Origin: a virus
Lineage: Duplodnaviria; Caudoviricetes
Virus record (IMG/VR): IMGVR_UViG_3300043607_000019
Location: 1 to 48,580 of that record
Direction: 5' to 3' (one strand)
Length of the DNA: 48,580 nucleotides
How positions within the stretch are numbered: position 1 is the stretch's first letter; each line of letters opens with the position of its first letter. Shown piece after piece: positions 1 through 8,922 of this stretch. Both the position numbers and the translations under genes were made by a program. The notes under the pieces are model-generated. The model was not told the origin of the DNA and did not search any database. It saw only the letters and a list, made by a program, of their open reading frames with translations.

Positions 1-1
1 A

Positions 2-727
2 GCACCGAGCCCGCCCCCAATCACCGACTCATACCTGGGCGTGCGCACCCTGTACCAGCTCGTCGCCGACGACCAGCCTACTCCGGGCGCTTACCTGGTC
101 AGCGGGACCCGCCCGTCGGCGGAGCTCACCGTCGAGATGACAGCGGTCAACTACTCGCACCTGTACTACCTCGCCGATGGGCTGCTCGACTGGGTGGTGA
201 TGGGCAATGGCCTGAAGGACATCAGCCCGGTCCGGCGCCAGTACCTCAACCACAACGGTATCGTGAGCGGCGGCGTGTGGACCGGCGTGGGTCTGAGCTA
301 CTTCGAGGACCTGCGCGGCGGAAGCTTCGCGCCGACCACGCCGAGCTACACGAAGGTGGCATGGATCACGGCGACAACGCCCACGGCGAGCCACATCTGC
401 TCGACCAGCAACGACACGAGCCAGCATTTCATCCTCGAGTTCGGATCGCTGCTGGTCGGCGGCCACGCGGGCTACCAGGTCAGCTTCAATTACCTCGCGC
501 TCCTCGGGGCGCTGCACCAGGTGGCGATGAGCTACGACGCTGTGACGCAGCGCATGGCGCTGCTCGTGGACGGGGCTCTGGTGGACGAAGCCACGGTCGC
601 GCCGAGCGGAACCAGCGGGCAGGTGCGGTTTCTCGACGGCTTTGCGGGCACTTGCTCGCGGGTCGCTCGCTGGGGCCGCGCGCTCTCAGACCGGGAGATC
701 CGAGAACTCTACCTGCGCGGGGTGTGA
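2..727 (+). CDS. 5'-truncated virion protein with C-terminal LamG/concanavalin-like domain
   Basis: Frame is open from base 2 (track start 41). YTKVAWI, HQVAMSYD..LLVDG and RVARWGRALSDREIRELY are typical Laminin_G_3 segments. Probably the end of the tail operon that leaves the right edge. Confidence 0.7.
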   Translation, partial: APSPPPITDSYLGVRTLYQLVADDQPTPGAYLVSGTRPSAELTVEMTAVNYSHLYYLADGLLDWVVMGNGLKDISPVRRQYLNHNGIVSGGVWTGVGLSYFEDLRGGSFAPTTPSYTKVAWITATTPTASHICSTSNDTSQHFILEFGSLLVGGHAGYQVSFNYLALLGALHQVAMSYDAVTQRMALLVDGALVDEATVAPSGTSGQVRFLDGFAGTCSRVARWGRALSDREIRELYLRGV

Positions 728-754
728 GGCGAGTAGCCACACTAACTAGTTGAT

Positions 755-784
755 TTGACTGGTAAATAGTTCGGGTGCTACTCT
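755..784 (+). promoter_or_regulatory. sigma70-type promoter of the packaging/head operon
   Basis: TTGACT (755-760), 18-nt spacer, extended -10 TGc-TACTCT (776-784), in an AT-rich gap ahead of the ORF at 825. Confidence 0.6.
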
Positions 785-824
785 GTTCAGTATCTGTGGG
801 GCTTCCCCGTACTGAAGGCACGCA

Positions 825-1157
825 ATGGCAACAGAACTCACGCAGCTAGCGACTGGCAATTTCACCGATACGGACGCGGCTGCCATCACGGTGCCCGCGG
901 GTCAGGCGTGGGAAGTCAGGTACATCCACATCCAGCAACCGGTGGGCGCAGTGGCCAAGGTGGCTCAAGTCGGCCTTGGCACCACCGGCACCGCCGTGAA
1001 CGTCAAGGTCTCGAGGAGCCTGGCTGCCGGACAGTACCACGAGCCTGTCTTCGCTCCCATTGCCCTGGCCGCGGCAGCGACTCTGAACGTCAAGCAGAGC
1101 GTCGCCGCCAATACCGAACTGACTTACCTCATCGAGGGCTACAAGAGGATCCTGTGA
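825..1157 (+). CDS. hypothetical protein, possibly virion-associated
   Basis: 110-aa ORF, Ala/Thr/Val-rich, GC-ending codons, first gene after the promoter. Confidence 0.6.
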   Translation: MATELTQLATGNFTDTDAAAITVPAGQAWEVRYIHIQQPVGAVAKVAQVGLGTTGTAVNVKVSRSLAAGQYHEPVFAPIALAAAATLNVKQSVAANTELTYLIEGYKRIL

Positions 1158-1369
1158 TGCGCGGGGCCCTGGCACTGGTGGCGCTCGGACTGCTCGTGCT
1201 CGAGGGCACGGGCTGCGGCTCCGCCACGGCCGTCCAGTGCCGCGTCGAGGCTGTCCGGTTCCTGCCCGATGACCCGATGCAGGTCACGGTGTTCGATACC
1301 GTCGACTTGGTCGAGCGCCTCAAGGCGTGCGACGGACGGCCCGCAACCGCTGACGCGGGGAAGCCATGA
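1157..1369 (+). CDS. small predicted lipoprotein (o-spanin-like candidate)
   Basis: ATG overlaps the upstream TGA. MRGALALVALGLLVLEGTG-C signal followed by Cys, 70 aa, two further Cys, adjacent to a membrane protein. Confidence 0.55.
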   Translation: MRGALALVALGLLVLEGTGCGSATAVQCRVEAVRFLPDDPMQVTVFDTVDLVERLKACDGRPATADAGKP

Positions 1370-1755
1370 GCGACAAGCACGAGCCGTTCCAGTTGCTCAC
1401 CCGGGGGAACGGCTCCGCGGCGGCCTCGACCCTCGAGGACGTGGCCGGCAAAGTCGACGCGCTGGCCGTCAGCGTGGGCGATTTGGCCGACAAGGTGGAC
1501 CTTCGCTTCGACGTGTTCCACGAGGAACTTTCGCTACTCCGCCACCAGACCATCGGCGAGGGGGGCCTGCAGCAGCGGGTCACGAGCGTCGAACAGAAGA
1601 CGCTCGGTGCCAAGGCGATGACGTTGGCTGGCCATGGCATCAAGTGGGGCGGCGTGCTCACGCTGGTGCTCACGGTGGCTGTCCAGATCGCGAGCACAGT
1701 GCGCCCCGACCTGGTTGGCCCTTTGCAGGAGCTGATCAAGCTCTTCGGGCACTGA
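1366..1755 (+). CDS. coiled-coil membrane protein (holin-like candidate)
   Basis: Helical N-terminus plus C-terminal hydrophobic segment WGGVLTLVLTVAVQIA; ATGA overlap. Confidence 0.45.
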   Translation: MSDKHEPFQLLTRGNGSAAASTLEDVAGKVDALAVSVGDLADKVDLRFDVFHEELSLLRHQTIGEGGLQQRVTSVEQKTLGAKAMTLAGHGIKWGGVLTLVLTVAVQIASTVRPDLVGPLQELIKLFGH

Positions 1756-1756
1756 C

Positions 1757-2383
1757 ATGCCCAAGAAGGCGCAGCCCAGCACGCGCGGTAAGAAAGGCCG
1801 CGGCCGGGGCTACGTCCGCAAGGATGGTCAGCTGCACGCGAGCACCACGGGCCCGCGCAAGCCCGTCGTCGACACGTCGACGTGGCGCAAGCAGAACGTC
1901 GCGAAGCACCGCATCAAGTTCGACGATCCAGCCAAGCAACGCTACCTAGACGCGCTGCGAACGACGGGGCGCAAGTGGGAGGCTGAGCAAGCTGCGGGCG
2001 TGTCCCGCACCACGGCAGAACGGCACCTAGAGCTGGACCCTGCCTACGCCGAGAGCGTCGATGACGCGCTCCAGGAGTACGCCACGAAGGGTCTCGTCAA
2101 GATCGAGAAGGAGGCCATCGAGGGGCACGAGCAGCTGCGCTATGGGCCTGAGGGCCAGCTGCTCGAGCAGAAGCGCGTCTACGAGACACGCCTGCGCGAG
2201 ATGTTCCTGAAGCGCTACGACCCAGCATACCAGGAGCGCTCGCACCTGGAGCTAGACGCCGCCCCAGGCTGCGTGCTCGTGCCGGCCACGCTCGCGCATG
2301 GCGACTGGGAAAAGGCCGTCTCGGAGCACGACCGCGTCAATGCCAAGAACCTCGACCCAGAATCGGAGTCGAGCGGTGAATGA
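1757..2383 (+). CDS. terS: terminase small subunit
   Basis: HTH-like AAGVSRTTA segment, helical and basic, directly upstream of and overlapping terL. Confidence 0.75.
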   Translation: MPKKAQPSTRGKKGRGRGYVRKDGQLHASTTGPRKPVVDTSTWRKQNVAKHRIKFDDPAKQRYLDALRTTGRKWEAEQAAGVSRTTAERHLELDPAYAESVDDALQEYATKGLVKIEKEAIEGHEQLRYGPEGQLLEQKRVYETRLREMFLKRYDPAYQERSHLELDAAPGCVLVPATLAHGDWEKAVSEHDRVNAKNLDPESESSGE

Positions 2384-3894
2384 AACAGCGCTTCGTCCAG
2401 CGCTGGGTGGCGCAGGCGGGCTCGCAGGCGCTGTTCCTGGCGTGCCCGATTTACGAGGTGCTCTACCACGGCACGCGCGGACCGGGAAAGACCGACGCGC
2501 TGCTGGCAGACTTCCTGAAGGACGTGGGCCGAGGCCACGGCAAGGCGTGGCGCGGCATTCTGTTCCGGCGCACCTATCCCGAGCTCGCCGACGTCATCGA
2601 GCGCTCGAAGGTGCTGTTCAAGATGGCGTTCCCCCGGGCGCGCTACAACGACCAGAAGCACGAGTGGCGCTTCCCCGACGGGGAGACGTTCCTGTTCCGG
2701 TTCGCCGAGCGGGCGCGGGACTACGACAGCTACCACGGCTGGCAGGTGCCCTGGCTGGGCTTCGAGGAGCTGTGCACCTGGGCCACGCTAGAGCTCTACT
2801 TGAAGCTACAGAGTATCTGCCGCAGCGCGCACCCGGACGTGGCGCGCATTGCGCGGGTTCGTGCCACTGCCAACCCGTTGGGCGTGGGCCACAACGTGGT
2901 CAAGCGGCGCTTCAAGCTCGGGGGGAGCAACCACACCCGTATCATCGAGGAAGGCGGGCTGAAGCGCTGTGCCATCTTCGGGCACTTGCGCGAAAACAAG
3001 ATCCTGCTCAAGAGCGATCCGCACTACGAGCAGAAGCTACGAGCAGCCTGCAAGGGCAACCCGCTCTACATCAAGGCGTGGCTGCACGGCTCATGGGACG
3101 TCACCGCGGGCGGCATGTTCGACGACCTGTGGGACCCCAGCGTGCATGTCGTCCAGCCATTCCTGGTGCCCGCCAGCTGGCGGATCGATCACACGTTCGA
3201 CTGGGGCTCGAGCAAGCCGTTTTCGCTCGGTGTATGGGCCGAGTCGGATGGCTCCGACTACCAGGACATTCACGGCGAGTGGCATGCGACGGTGCGCGGC
3301 GACATCTTCCGGATCGGCGAGTTGTACGGATGCCAGCCGGACGAGCCGAACGTCGGCCTGAAGTGGGTCTCGCCCCAGATTGCCGCGGGCGTCATCGAGC
3401 TAGAGATCAGGCTTGGTGTTCACGATCGGGTAGTGCAAGGCCCAGCCGACCCGTCGATCTTCACCGAGACGGACGGCAAGAGCATCGCGAGCAACATGGC
3501 GCAGCTCGTGCGCGTGGGCGGCGAGCAGTACAAGGGGCCCACGTTTTTCCGCGCCGACAACTCGCGTATAGCGGGCTGGGGGCGAGTGCGGGACATGCTC
3601 GACAACGCCAGGCCTGGCCCGGAGGGTATGCGGGAGCACGCTGGACTATTCGTCGTGGGCGAGCGTTGCCCGAAGTTCCTAGAGCTGTTCCCGGTGACGC
3701 AGCGCGACGCCGACAAGACGGACGACGTGGACACGGAGACCGAGGACCATCTGCAGGACGAGGTCAGGTATCGCTGCAAGGCCGCGTCGATGACCGCCGT
3801 CGGCGGACGAGTGCACGCGCCCACCGGGGCACAGGCGGAGGCCCAGCGGCGCAGCAACGCGAGACCGCGCCTCGGGCGCGTGGATTGGAGATGA
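2380..3894 (+). CDS. terL: terminase large subunit
   Basis: Walker A GTRGPGKT, FRRTYPEL, Walker B LGFEE, ATANP coupling motif, C-terminal RNase H-like DWG..KPF and DH..D. Confidence 0.95.
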   Translation: MKQRFVQRWVAQAGSQALFLACPIYEVLYHGTRGPGKTDALLADFLKDVGRGHGKAWRGILFRRTYPELADVIERSKVLFKMAFPRARYNDQKHEWRFPDGETFLFRFAERARDYDSYHGWQVPWLGFEELCTWATLELYLKLQSICRSAHPDVARIARVRATANPLGVGHNVVKRRFKLGGSNHTRIIEEGGLKRCAIFGHLRENKILLKSDPHYEQKLRAACKGNPLYIKAWLHGSWDVTAGGMFDDLWDPSVHVVQPFLVPASWRIDHTFDWGSSKPFSLGVWAESDGSDYQDIHGEWHATVRGDIFRIGELYGCQPDEPNVGLKWVSPQIAAGVIELEIRLGVHDRVVQGPADPSIFTETDGKSIASNMAQLVRVGGEQYKGPTFFRADNSRIAGWGRVRDMLDNARPGPEGMREHAGLFVVGERCPKFLELFPVTQRDADKTDDVDTETEDHLQDEVRYRCKAASMTAVGGRVHAPTGAQAEAQRRSNARPRLGRVDWR

Positions 3895-3897
3895 CCG

Positions 3898-5379
3898 ATG
3901 CCCGTTGAGAGCAAGCACCCTGAGTACAGCTGCCACATTCGGGACTGGGAAGCGTGCCACGACGTCTACGACGGGCTGTCTGCAGTCCGGGCGCGCGATA
4001 GTGGCAAGCGGTACCTGCCTCCCACCACGGGGCAATGGATCGACGGCATGAACGCGGGCCAGAAGGGCCTGAAGCACTACGAGGCCTACCGCGACCGGGC
4101 AACGCTGAGCGGGTTCTTCTGCGACGCGGTTGATCTGTTCCTGGGCATGCTGTGGCACCGCCCTCCGACACTCGAACTCGGGCCGCTCGAGCAGTTCTTT
4201 GGCGACCAGCGCCCTGCTACGCCCGACGGGCAGACCCTGTTTCAGCTGTTGCGACGCATCCACGTACAGCAGCTCAAGGTCGCTCGCCTGGGTCTGATGG
4301 GCGACATGCCCGAGGGCGAACTCTCGGCGCCTAAGCCTTTCATCGAGCTCTATCCAGCGGAGTCAATCATCAACTGGAACGACAGCGCCAAGAATCTGAG
4401 CAAGCGCATGCTGAAGCTCGTGGTGCTGGATGAGTGTGGCCCGGTCATGCTGCCCAACTTCGAGTGGAAGGTGGAGGAGCGGTATCGTGTGCTCGACCTG
4501 GGTACGCTGGTAGATGACAAGGCAGCGCCTGTGTACAGCGTGGCCGTCGTCCACAAGAGCGGCGACCTCGACCCGGCCGCGCTGGAGACTCCCACCGTCA
4601 GAGGTAAGGCCTCGAAAGAGATCCCGTTCGTCTTCATCGGCAGCAAGTCCAGCACGGTGGCCATCGACACTCCGCCCTTCATGGCGCTTTGCGAGGGCGT
4701 GCTCGCCCTGTACCGCATGGATGCCGACTATCGGCAGTACCTGCACATGCAGGGACAGGAGACGCTGTTCACGAAGTGCGCCGACGATGGCGAAGTCTCG
4801 AGCGTTGGCGCGGGCGCGCACATCAACATCGCAAACCCAAAAGGTGACGCAAAGTTCATTGGCGTGAGTGGTGCAGGCCTCGGCGAGATGCGCCAGGCCA
4901 TCGAAAACGACCGCATGCTGTTTGCGAAGAAAGCGGGCGAGATGCTTGCCGACAATTCCAAGCAGCGCGAGAGCGGTGACGCGCTGACGATGCGTGTCGG
5001 GGCCAAGGGTGCCAGCCTGGTCGACATCGCGCACACGAGCGCCGAAGGCCTTCAGCGAATGCTGCGCATTCTGGCGCGATGGCTCGGGAGCGACGAGGCC
5101 GAGGTCGAAAAGATTCGGGTCATCCCCAATGAGCTGTGGGGCTCGGCGGAGCTCGTGACCAAGTCGCTGCTCGAACTCGTGCAGGCCTATGTGCTCAACG
5201 CGCCGATCACGCTGGAGTCGATCCACGACTACAACTTCAAGCACGGCGGCACGACGCTGACGTGGGACCAGCTGATCAAGGCGAAGCGCAGCGAGGTCGA
5301 GCTACTTGGCGACCTGCTGCCGATGCCACCGCCAAAACCCGGCGAGGACAAACAGGACGACAAGGGAGACGGCGCGTGA
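3898..5379 (+). CDS. portal protein (DUF4055-like)
   Basis: 493 aa immediately after terL; HPEY, YLP, Y..Y..RA, IINW, IPFVF and ESG.A...R motifs. Confidence 0.9.
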   Translation: MPVESKHPEYSCHIRDWEACHDVYDGLSAVRARDSGKRYLPPTTGQWIDGMNAGQKGLKHYEAYRDRATLSGFFCDAVDLFLGMLWHRPPTLELGPLEQFFGDQRPATPDGQTLFQLLRRIHVQQLKVARLGLMGDMPEGELSAPKPFIELYPAESIINWNDSAKNLSKRMLKLVVLDECGPVMLPNFEWKVEERYRVLDLGTLVDDKAAPVYSVAVVHKSGDLDPAALETPTVRGKASKEIPFVFIGSKSSTVAIDTPPFMALCEGVLALYRMDADYRQYLHMQGQETLFTKCADDGEVSSVGAGAHINIANPKGDAKFIGVSGAGLGEMRQAIENDRMLFAKKAGEMLADNSKQRESGDALTMRVGAKGASLVDIAHTSAEGLQRMLRILARWLGSDEAEVEKIRVIPNELWGSAELVTKSLLELVQAYVLNAPITLESIHDYNFKHGGTTLTWDQLIKAKRSEVELLGDLLPMPPPKPGEDKQDDKGDGA

Positions 5380-5693
5380 ATGGCAAACCGAATTTTGGAG
5401 TTCGTCTATTGGCTCGCGCCCGGTGCTTTGTGGGCTGGGCTACCTGCTCTGATCGTTATCTGGAGACACTCTCGGACGATCAGGTCGTTGCGATGTGTCA
5501 TTCGCCGGCAGCGGCAGAAGCACACCAAGCATTCGACCTTGCGACGGAGCTTGGCATCGCGGCGGCAGACAGAGATGCTGACGACGCTTACCGCGAGCTT
5601 TTGTCGAGCACAGCTGCCCACGTTGCAAGAGCTGGCGATCGATACCGGGCAAGATTTCGAGCTGAAGAGATCCGGCAAGTCTTAGGCGCGTGA
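5376..5693 (+). CDS. hypothetical protein (alternative overlapping frame at 5380-5685)
   Basis: GTG overlaps the portal TGA, and its TGA overlaps the MuF GTG; GGAG upstream. Confidence 0.5.
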   Translation: MNGKPNFGVRLLARARCFVGWATCSDRYLETLSDDQVVAMCHSPAAAEAHQAFDLATELGIAAADRDADDAYRELLSSTAAHVARAGDRYRARFRAEEIRQVLGA

Positions 5694-7642
5694 CCTACAA
5701 CCAGGACTTCTACGACGCCTCGCTGAGGCATCAGATCGACCTGCTCAGGTTCGGCTCTGGTGTCTCGCGTCGAGTCGTGAGCATCCTGGACGAGACGCAG
5801 GCCGACCTGCGCAAGCAGGTGGAGCGCCGTCTCGGCAAGAGCACCGCCCTCGACTCGGGCGGCCTACGGCGCCTCGCCGAGCTGGAGCGAGCCATCGACC
5901 AGACGCGGTCCGGCGCCTGGAACGACGTGGCGCAGCATTGGACGCGCACCGCGGTCGACGTGGCACTCGACGAGCCGGCGTTCGTGGCGGGGGCTCTCCG
6001 GAGCATCCTGCCCGTCGAGCTCGACTTCGTCATGCCGAGCGAGCGGACGCTGAAGGCGCTGGCGCTGGCGCGGCCGTTCCAGGGCAGGCACCTGAAGGAG
6101 TGGGCGGAGAGCGCGCAGCGGTCGGACCTGACGCGCATCAAGCAGCAGATCCGGATCGGCATGGTGCAAGGCGAGTCGGCGCGCGATATCGCCGCTCGTG
6201 TCTTCGGGGCCCGCGGGGCCATGGAGATGACCCGGCAGCAGGCCGATGCGGTGACGCGCACGGTCATCAACCACGTCAGCAACGCGGCGCAGGCGTCGTT
6301 CCTGGCCGAGAACTCTGACCTGTTCAGCGAGGAGCAGCTGGTTGCCACGCTCGACGCGCGCACCACCCTCCTGTGCGCGAGCCTGGACGGGAAGCGCTCG
6401 CCCGTGGGCAAGGGCCCGAAACCGCCGCTGCACGTGCGGTGTCGCTCGATCGTCGTGGCCGTGATCGACGGCGACGTCGTAGGCGAGCGCCCCTTCGTCG
6501 CGGGCACGGAGAAGCAGTTCCTCCGGGAGTATGCGGAGCAGAACGGGCTCAGCTCGGTGAAGTCTCGGGATGCCCTGCCGCGGGGCCACAAGACCGCCTA
6601 CGACCGTTTCAGGCGCGAGCGAATGCGGGCGCTCACCGGGCAAGTGCCGGCGCGCACGACCTACCACGAGTGGCTGGGGCGGCAGAACCACGAGTTCCAA
6701 GACGACGTCCTCGGAGCTGCTCGGGGCAAGCTGTTCCGCGACGGGGGGCTCACGCTCGACAAGTTCGTGAACCGCGCCGGCGACGAGCTCACCCTCGACG
6801 AGCTGCGCGTGCGGTACCCGGGCGCCTTCAGAGGCGCCGATATCCCCGTGCCCGCACCTAAGCCCGGGCCGCCGCCGGTCAAGGTTGAGCCGCTGCCGGC
6901 AGTCAGGACCCGTGAGGAAGCCCTCGCGGGCATCGGCAAATACGTCGACACGGTCCTCGTCGGAGAGAACACGGACGCCGTGGCGCTCGAGCAGCTGTTG
7001 GATCGACTGGGGGCGCCCAAGCTTTTCAAGGAGCGGCCGCTCGGGGCTCTGGTCACAAATGCGCACACGGGCCCGAGCTGGCAATCGCGAACGAATCCTG
7101 GTCCTGTCGACGAGATCGGAGCCAGAGCCAACGGGCAGTATGCCGACCGCGACCTGCACGGCGTCAGCTTCCTGAAGGTGCGTCGCGAGGTCACCAACCC
7201 CACTCCGGAGAGGCTGGCTGTAATGCGGCTGAACACCGAGCAGGTGGACCGCTGGCGAGCGCTCAGCGGGAAGCCGGCGCTAGGCGCCGTGGCTCCGCTC
7301 GGCTTGGATACTGCGCAAGTCTATCATCCAGAACACCGTGATCTCGACCGGATCATTACCCATGAATTTGGGCATGCCGTCCACGAGGAATCGGTGGGCA
7401 AACACGAGGCCATCGATCGCGTCGTGCGCGAGCGATACTCGGGGGCCGTTGACCCCGGGCGGCAGCAATTCATGGCCAATCCCGATCGGGAGCCAATCAG
7501 CAAGTATGCGGAAACCAATCGGGAAGAGTACTTCGCCGAGACCTTCGCCGCCTACTCGTTTCGCCGCGAAGAGCTGCGGCGGGCTGCGCCGAAGGCCTTT
7601 AAAATGGTCGAGGATGTGCTACGGCTGAGGGGCCTACTATGA
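5690..7642 (+). CDS. MuF / SPP1 gp7-like minor head protein fused to a C-terminal zinc metallopeptidase
   Basis: MuF motifs ATLDARTT..C.SLDG and PPLHVRCRS; Pro-rich linker; HEFGH (7361-7375) plus SKYAETNREEYFAE. Confidence 0.88.
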   Translation: MTYNQDFYDASLRHQIDLLRFGSGVSRRVVSILDETQADLRKQVERRLGKSTALDSGGLRRLAELERAIDQTRSGAWNDVAQHWTRTAVDVALDEPAFVAGALRSILPVELDFVMPSERTLKALALARPFQGRHLKEWAESAQRSDLTRIKQQIRIGMVQGESARDIAARVFGARGAMEMTRQQADAVTRTVINHVSNAAQASFLAENSDLFSEEQLVATLDARTTLLCASLDGKRSPVGKGPKPPLHVRCRSIVVAVIDGDVVGERPFVAGTEKQFLREYAEQNGLSSVKSRDALPRGHKTAYDRFRRERMRALTGQVPARTTYHEWLGRQNHEFQDDVLGAARGKLFRDGGLTLDKFVNRAGDELTLDELRVRYPGAFRGADIPVPAPKPGPPPVKVEPLPAVRTREEALAGIGKYVDTVLVGENTDAVALEQLLDRLGAPKLFKERPLGALVTNAHTGPSWQSRTNPGPVDEIGARANGQYADRDLHGVSFLKVRREVTNPTPERLAVMRLNTEQVDRWRALSGKPALGAVAPLGLDTAQVYHPEHRDLDRIITHEFGHAVHEESVGKHEAIDRVVRERYSGAVDPGRQQFMANPDREPISKYAETNREEYFAETFAAYSFRREELRRAAPKAFKMVEDVLRLRGLL

Positions 7643-7887
7643 CTTTCGACGAGCAGATGCAGGACTTGACGGCCTCGCAAGAGGCGTACTTTGAGCGTCT
7701 GAAAGACCTCAGCCACATGACGGGAGCCGCCCGTGCTCGTGAGATCCGCTCGCTGAAAGCATTCGCTGAAAAAACCAACGAGCGACTCGACGAGTTCTCC
7801 CAATCAATCGGGCAGGGCATCAATCCAATCGACACCGAGTCGTTGCTCATGATCGAGATGACCCGAGTAGCAGAAGAGGAACCATGA
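7639..7887 (+). CDS. small acidic protein, putative immunity protein for the MuF toxin domain
   Basis: 82 aa, ATGA overlap with the MuF stop, shares the locally lower GC; this is the immunity-gene position in MuF loci. Confidence 0.5.
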   Translation: MTFDEQMQDLTASQEAYFERLKDLSHMTGAARAREIRSLKAFAEKTNERLDEFSQSIGQGINPIDTESLLMIEMTRVAEEEP

Positions 7888-8711
7888 CGATTTTATCGAG
7901 TGAAGTGGACAAATTGGACGCGGTCGACAAGGCATACCACCCCCTCTACACGGCCAAAGACGGCAAGTTCGTGCTCACGGGCGTGATCGGATACACGCCC
8001 GAGGACCGCGAGAAGACCGCTGGTGTGTTCGCCAAGGAGCGCAAGGCTGCCAGCGACGCCGTGAACGCGCTGAAGCCCTACCGGGCAGCCTTCGGTGACC
8101 GCAAAATCGAGGAGATCGTTGCGGACCTCGACAGGATCCCGGAGCTCGAGCTGCAGACCAAGGGCAAGCCGGCCGAGGAGGAGATCCAGACGCGCGCCGA
8201 GGCTCGGGCACTGCGACTGGCCAAGCCGCTGGAGACCAAGCTCGCCGCTGCCGTTGCCGCAAACACTGCCGCGCTGGCACGCATCACCGCCTACGAGCGC
8301 GCCGAGGAGCAGAGCGCGGTCCGCGCAGCCATCCAGGCGGAGGCTGCCAAGAGCGGTGCAGACCCGGCCTCGTACGCGCCGGGCGGAGGCCTACTCGCGG
8401 TGCTCCAGGGCGTGCTCGAGGTCGAGGTCGAGGTCGCCACTGACGGCGCCCGCAAGCTCGGCGCGGTGCGAAGCAAGGACGGCGCGGGCTTCCCCGCCGG
8501 GCTCGACACAGCGGCGCTGATCAAGCAGGTGCAGTCGACCCAGGGCTACTTCTGGGCTCCGAGCAAGGGCAGCGGGGCGGAACATCGCAAGGGCAGCGGC
8601 AACGGCGTGAATCCTTGGATGCCAGCGACCAAGAACCGCACCGATCAGATGCGGATTATCAACGAGAACCCCGAGCTCGCGAAGCAGTACCAGGCCGCTG
8701 CGGGAGTCTAA
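7884..8711 (+). CDS. capsid scaffolding protein
   Basis: LY..KDGKFVL N-terminus, coiled coil, GSG...NPW....N.T.Q C-terminus; precedes the capsid gene. Confidence 0.8.
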   Translation: MTILSSEVDKLDAVDKAYHPLYTAKDGKFVLTGVIGYTPEDREKTAGVFAKERKAASDAVNALKPYRAAFGDRKIEEIVADLDRIPELELQTKGKPAEEEIQTRAEARALRLAKPLETKLAAAVAANTAALARITAYERAEEQSAVRAAIQAEAAKSGADPASYAPGGGLLAVLQGVLEVEVEVATDGARKLGAVRSKDGAGFPAGLDTAALIKQVQSTQGYFWAPSKGSGAEHRKGSGNGVNPWMPATKNRTDQMRIINENPELAKQYQAAAGV

Positions 8712-8866
8712 CGCCGGAGGCGCTGGAGCTCCGCTTCCAGCTTGGTTACCTTGGCCTGAAGTACGTCGTGGAACGCAAGCTGTTGCGCATCCACGACGGT
8801 GCCGCGTTCGGCGCGACGGCGGAGGTCCGCCGTCAGTTGCTCAGGCACGTCGAGTTCGGTTCGCAT
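8708..8866 (-). CDS. 52-aa ribbon-helix-helix/CopG-like protein (not in ORF track)
   Basis: Manual translation MRTELDVPEQLTADLRRRAERGTVVDAQQLAFHDVLQAKVTKLEAELQRLRR; mostly GC-ending codons; alternative ATG at 8878. Confidence 0.55.
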   Translation of the reverse strand: MRTELDVPEQLTADLRRRAERGTVVDAQQLAFHDVLQAKVTKLEAELQRLRR

Positions 8867-8922
8867 GGCTTGTTGCATTGTAGCGCTTGCCGCGGGCTAG
8901 TTCTTGTGGCTTTCAGCCACCG

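Noticed and set aside
2298-3908. 536-aa alternative-frame ORF over terL
   Set aside because: Arg/Ala/Gly-rich off-frame translation with no motifs
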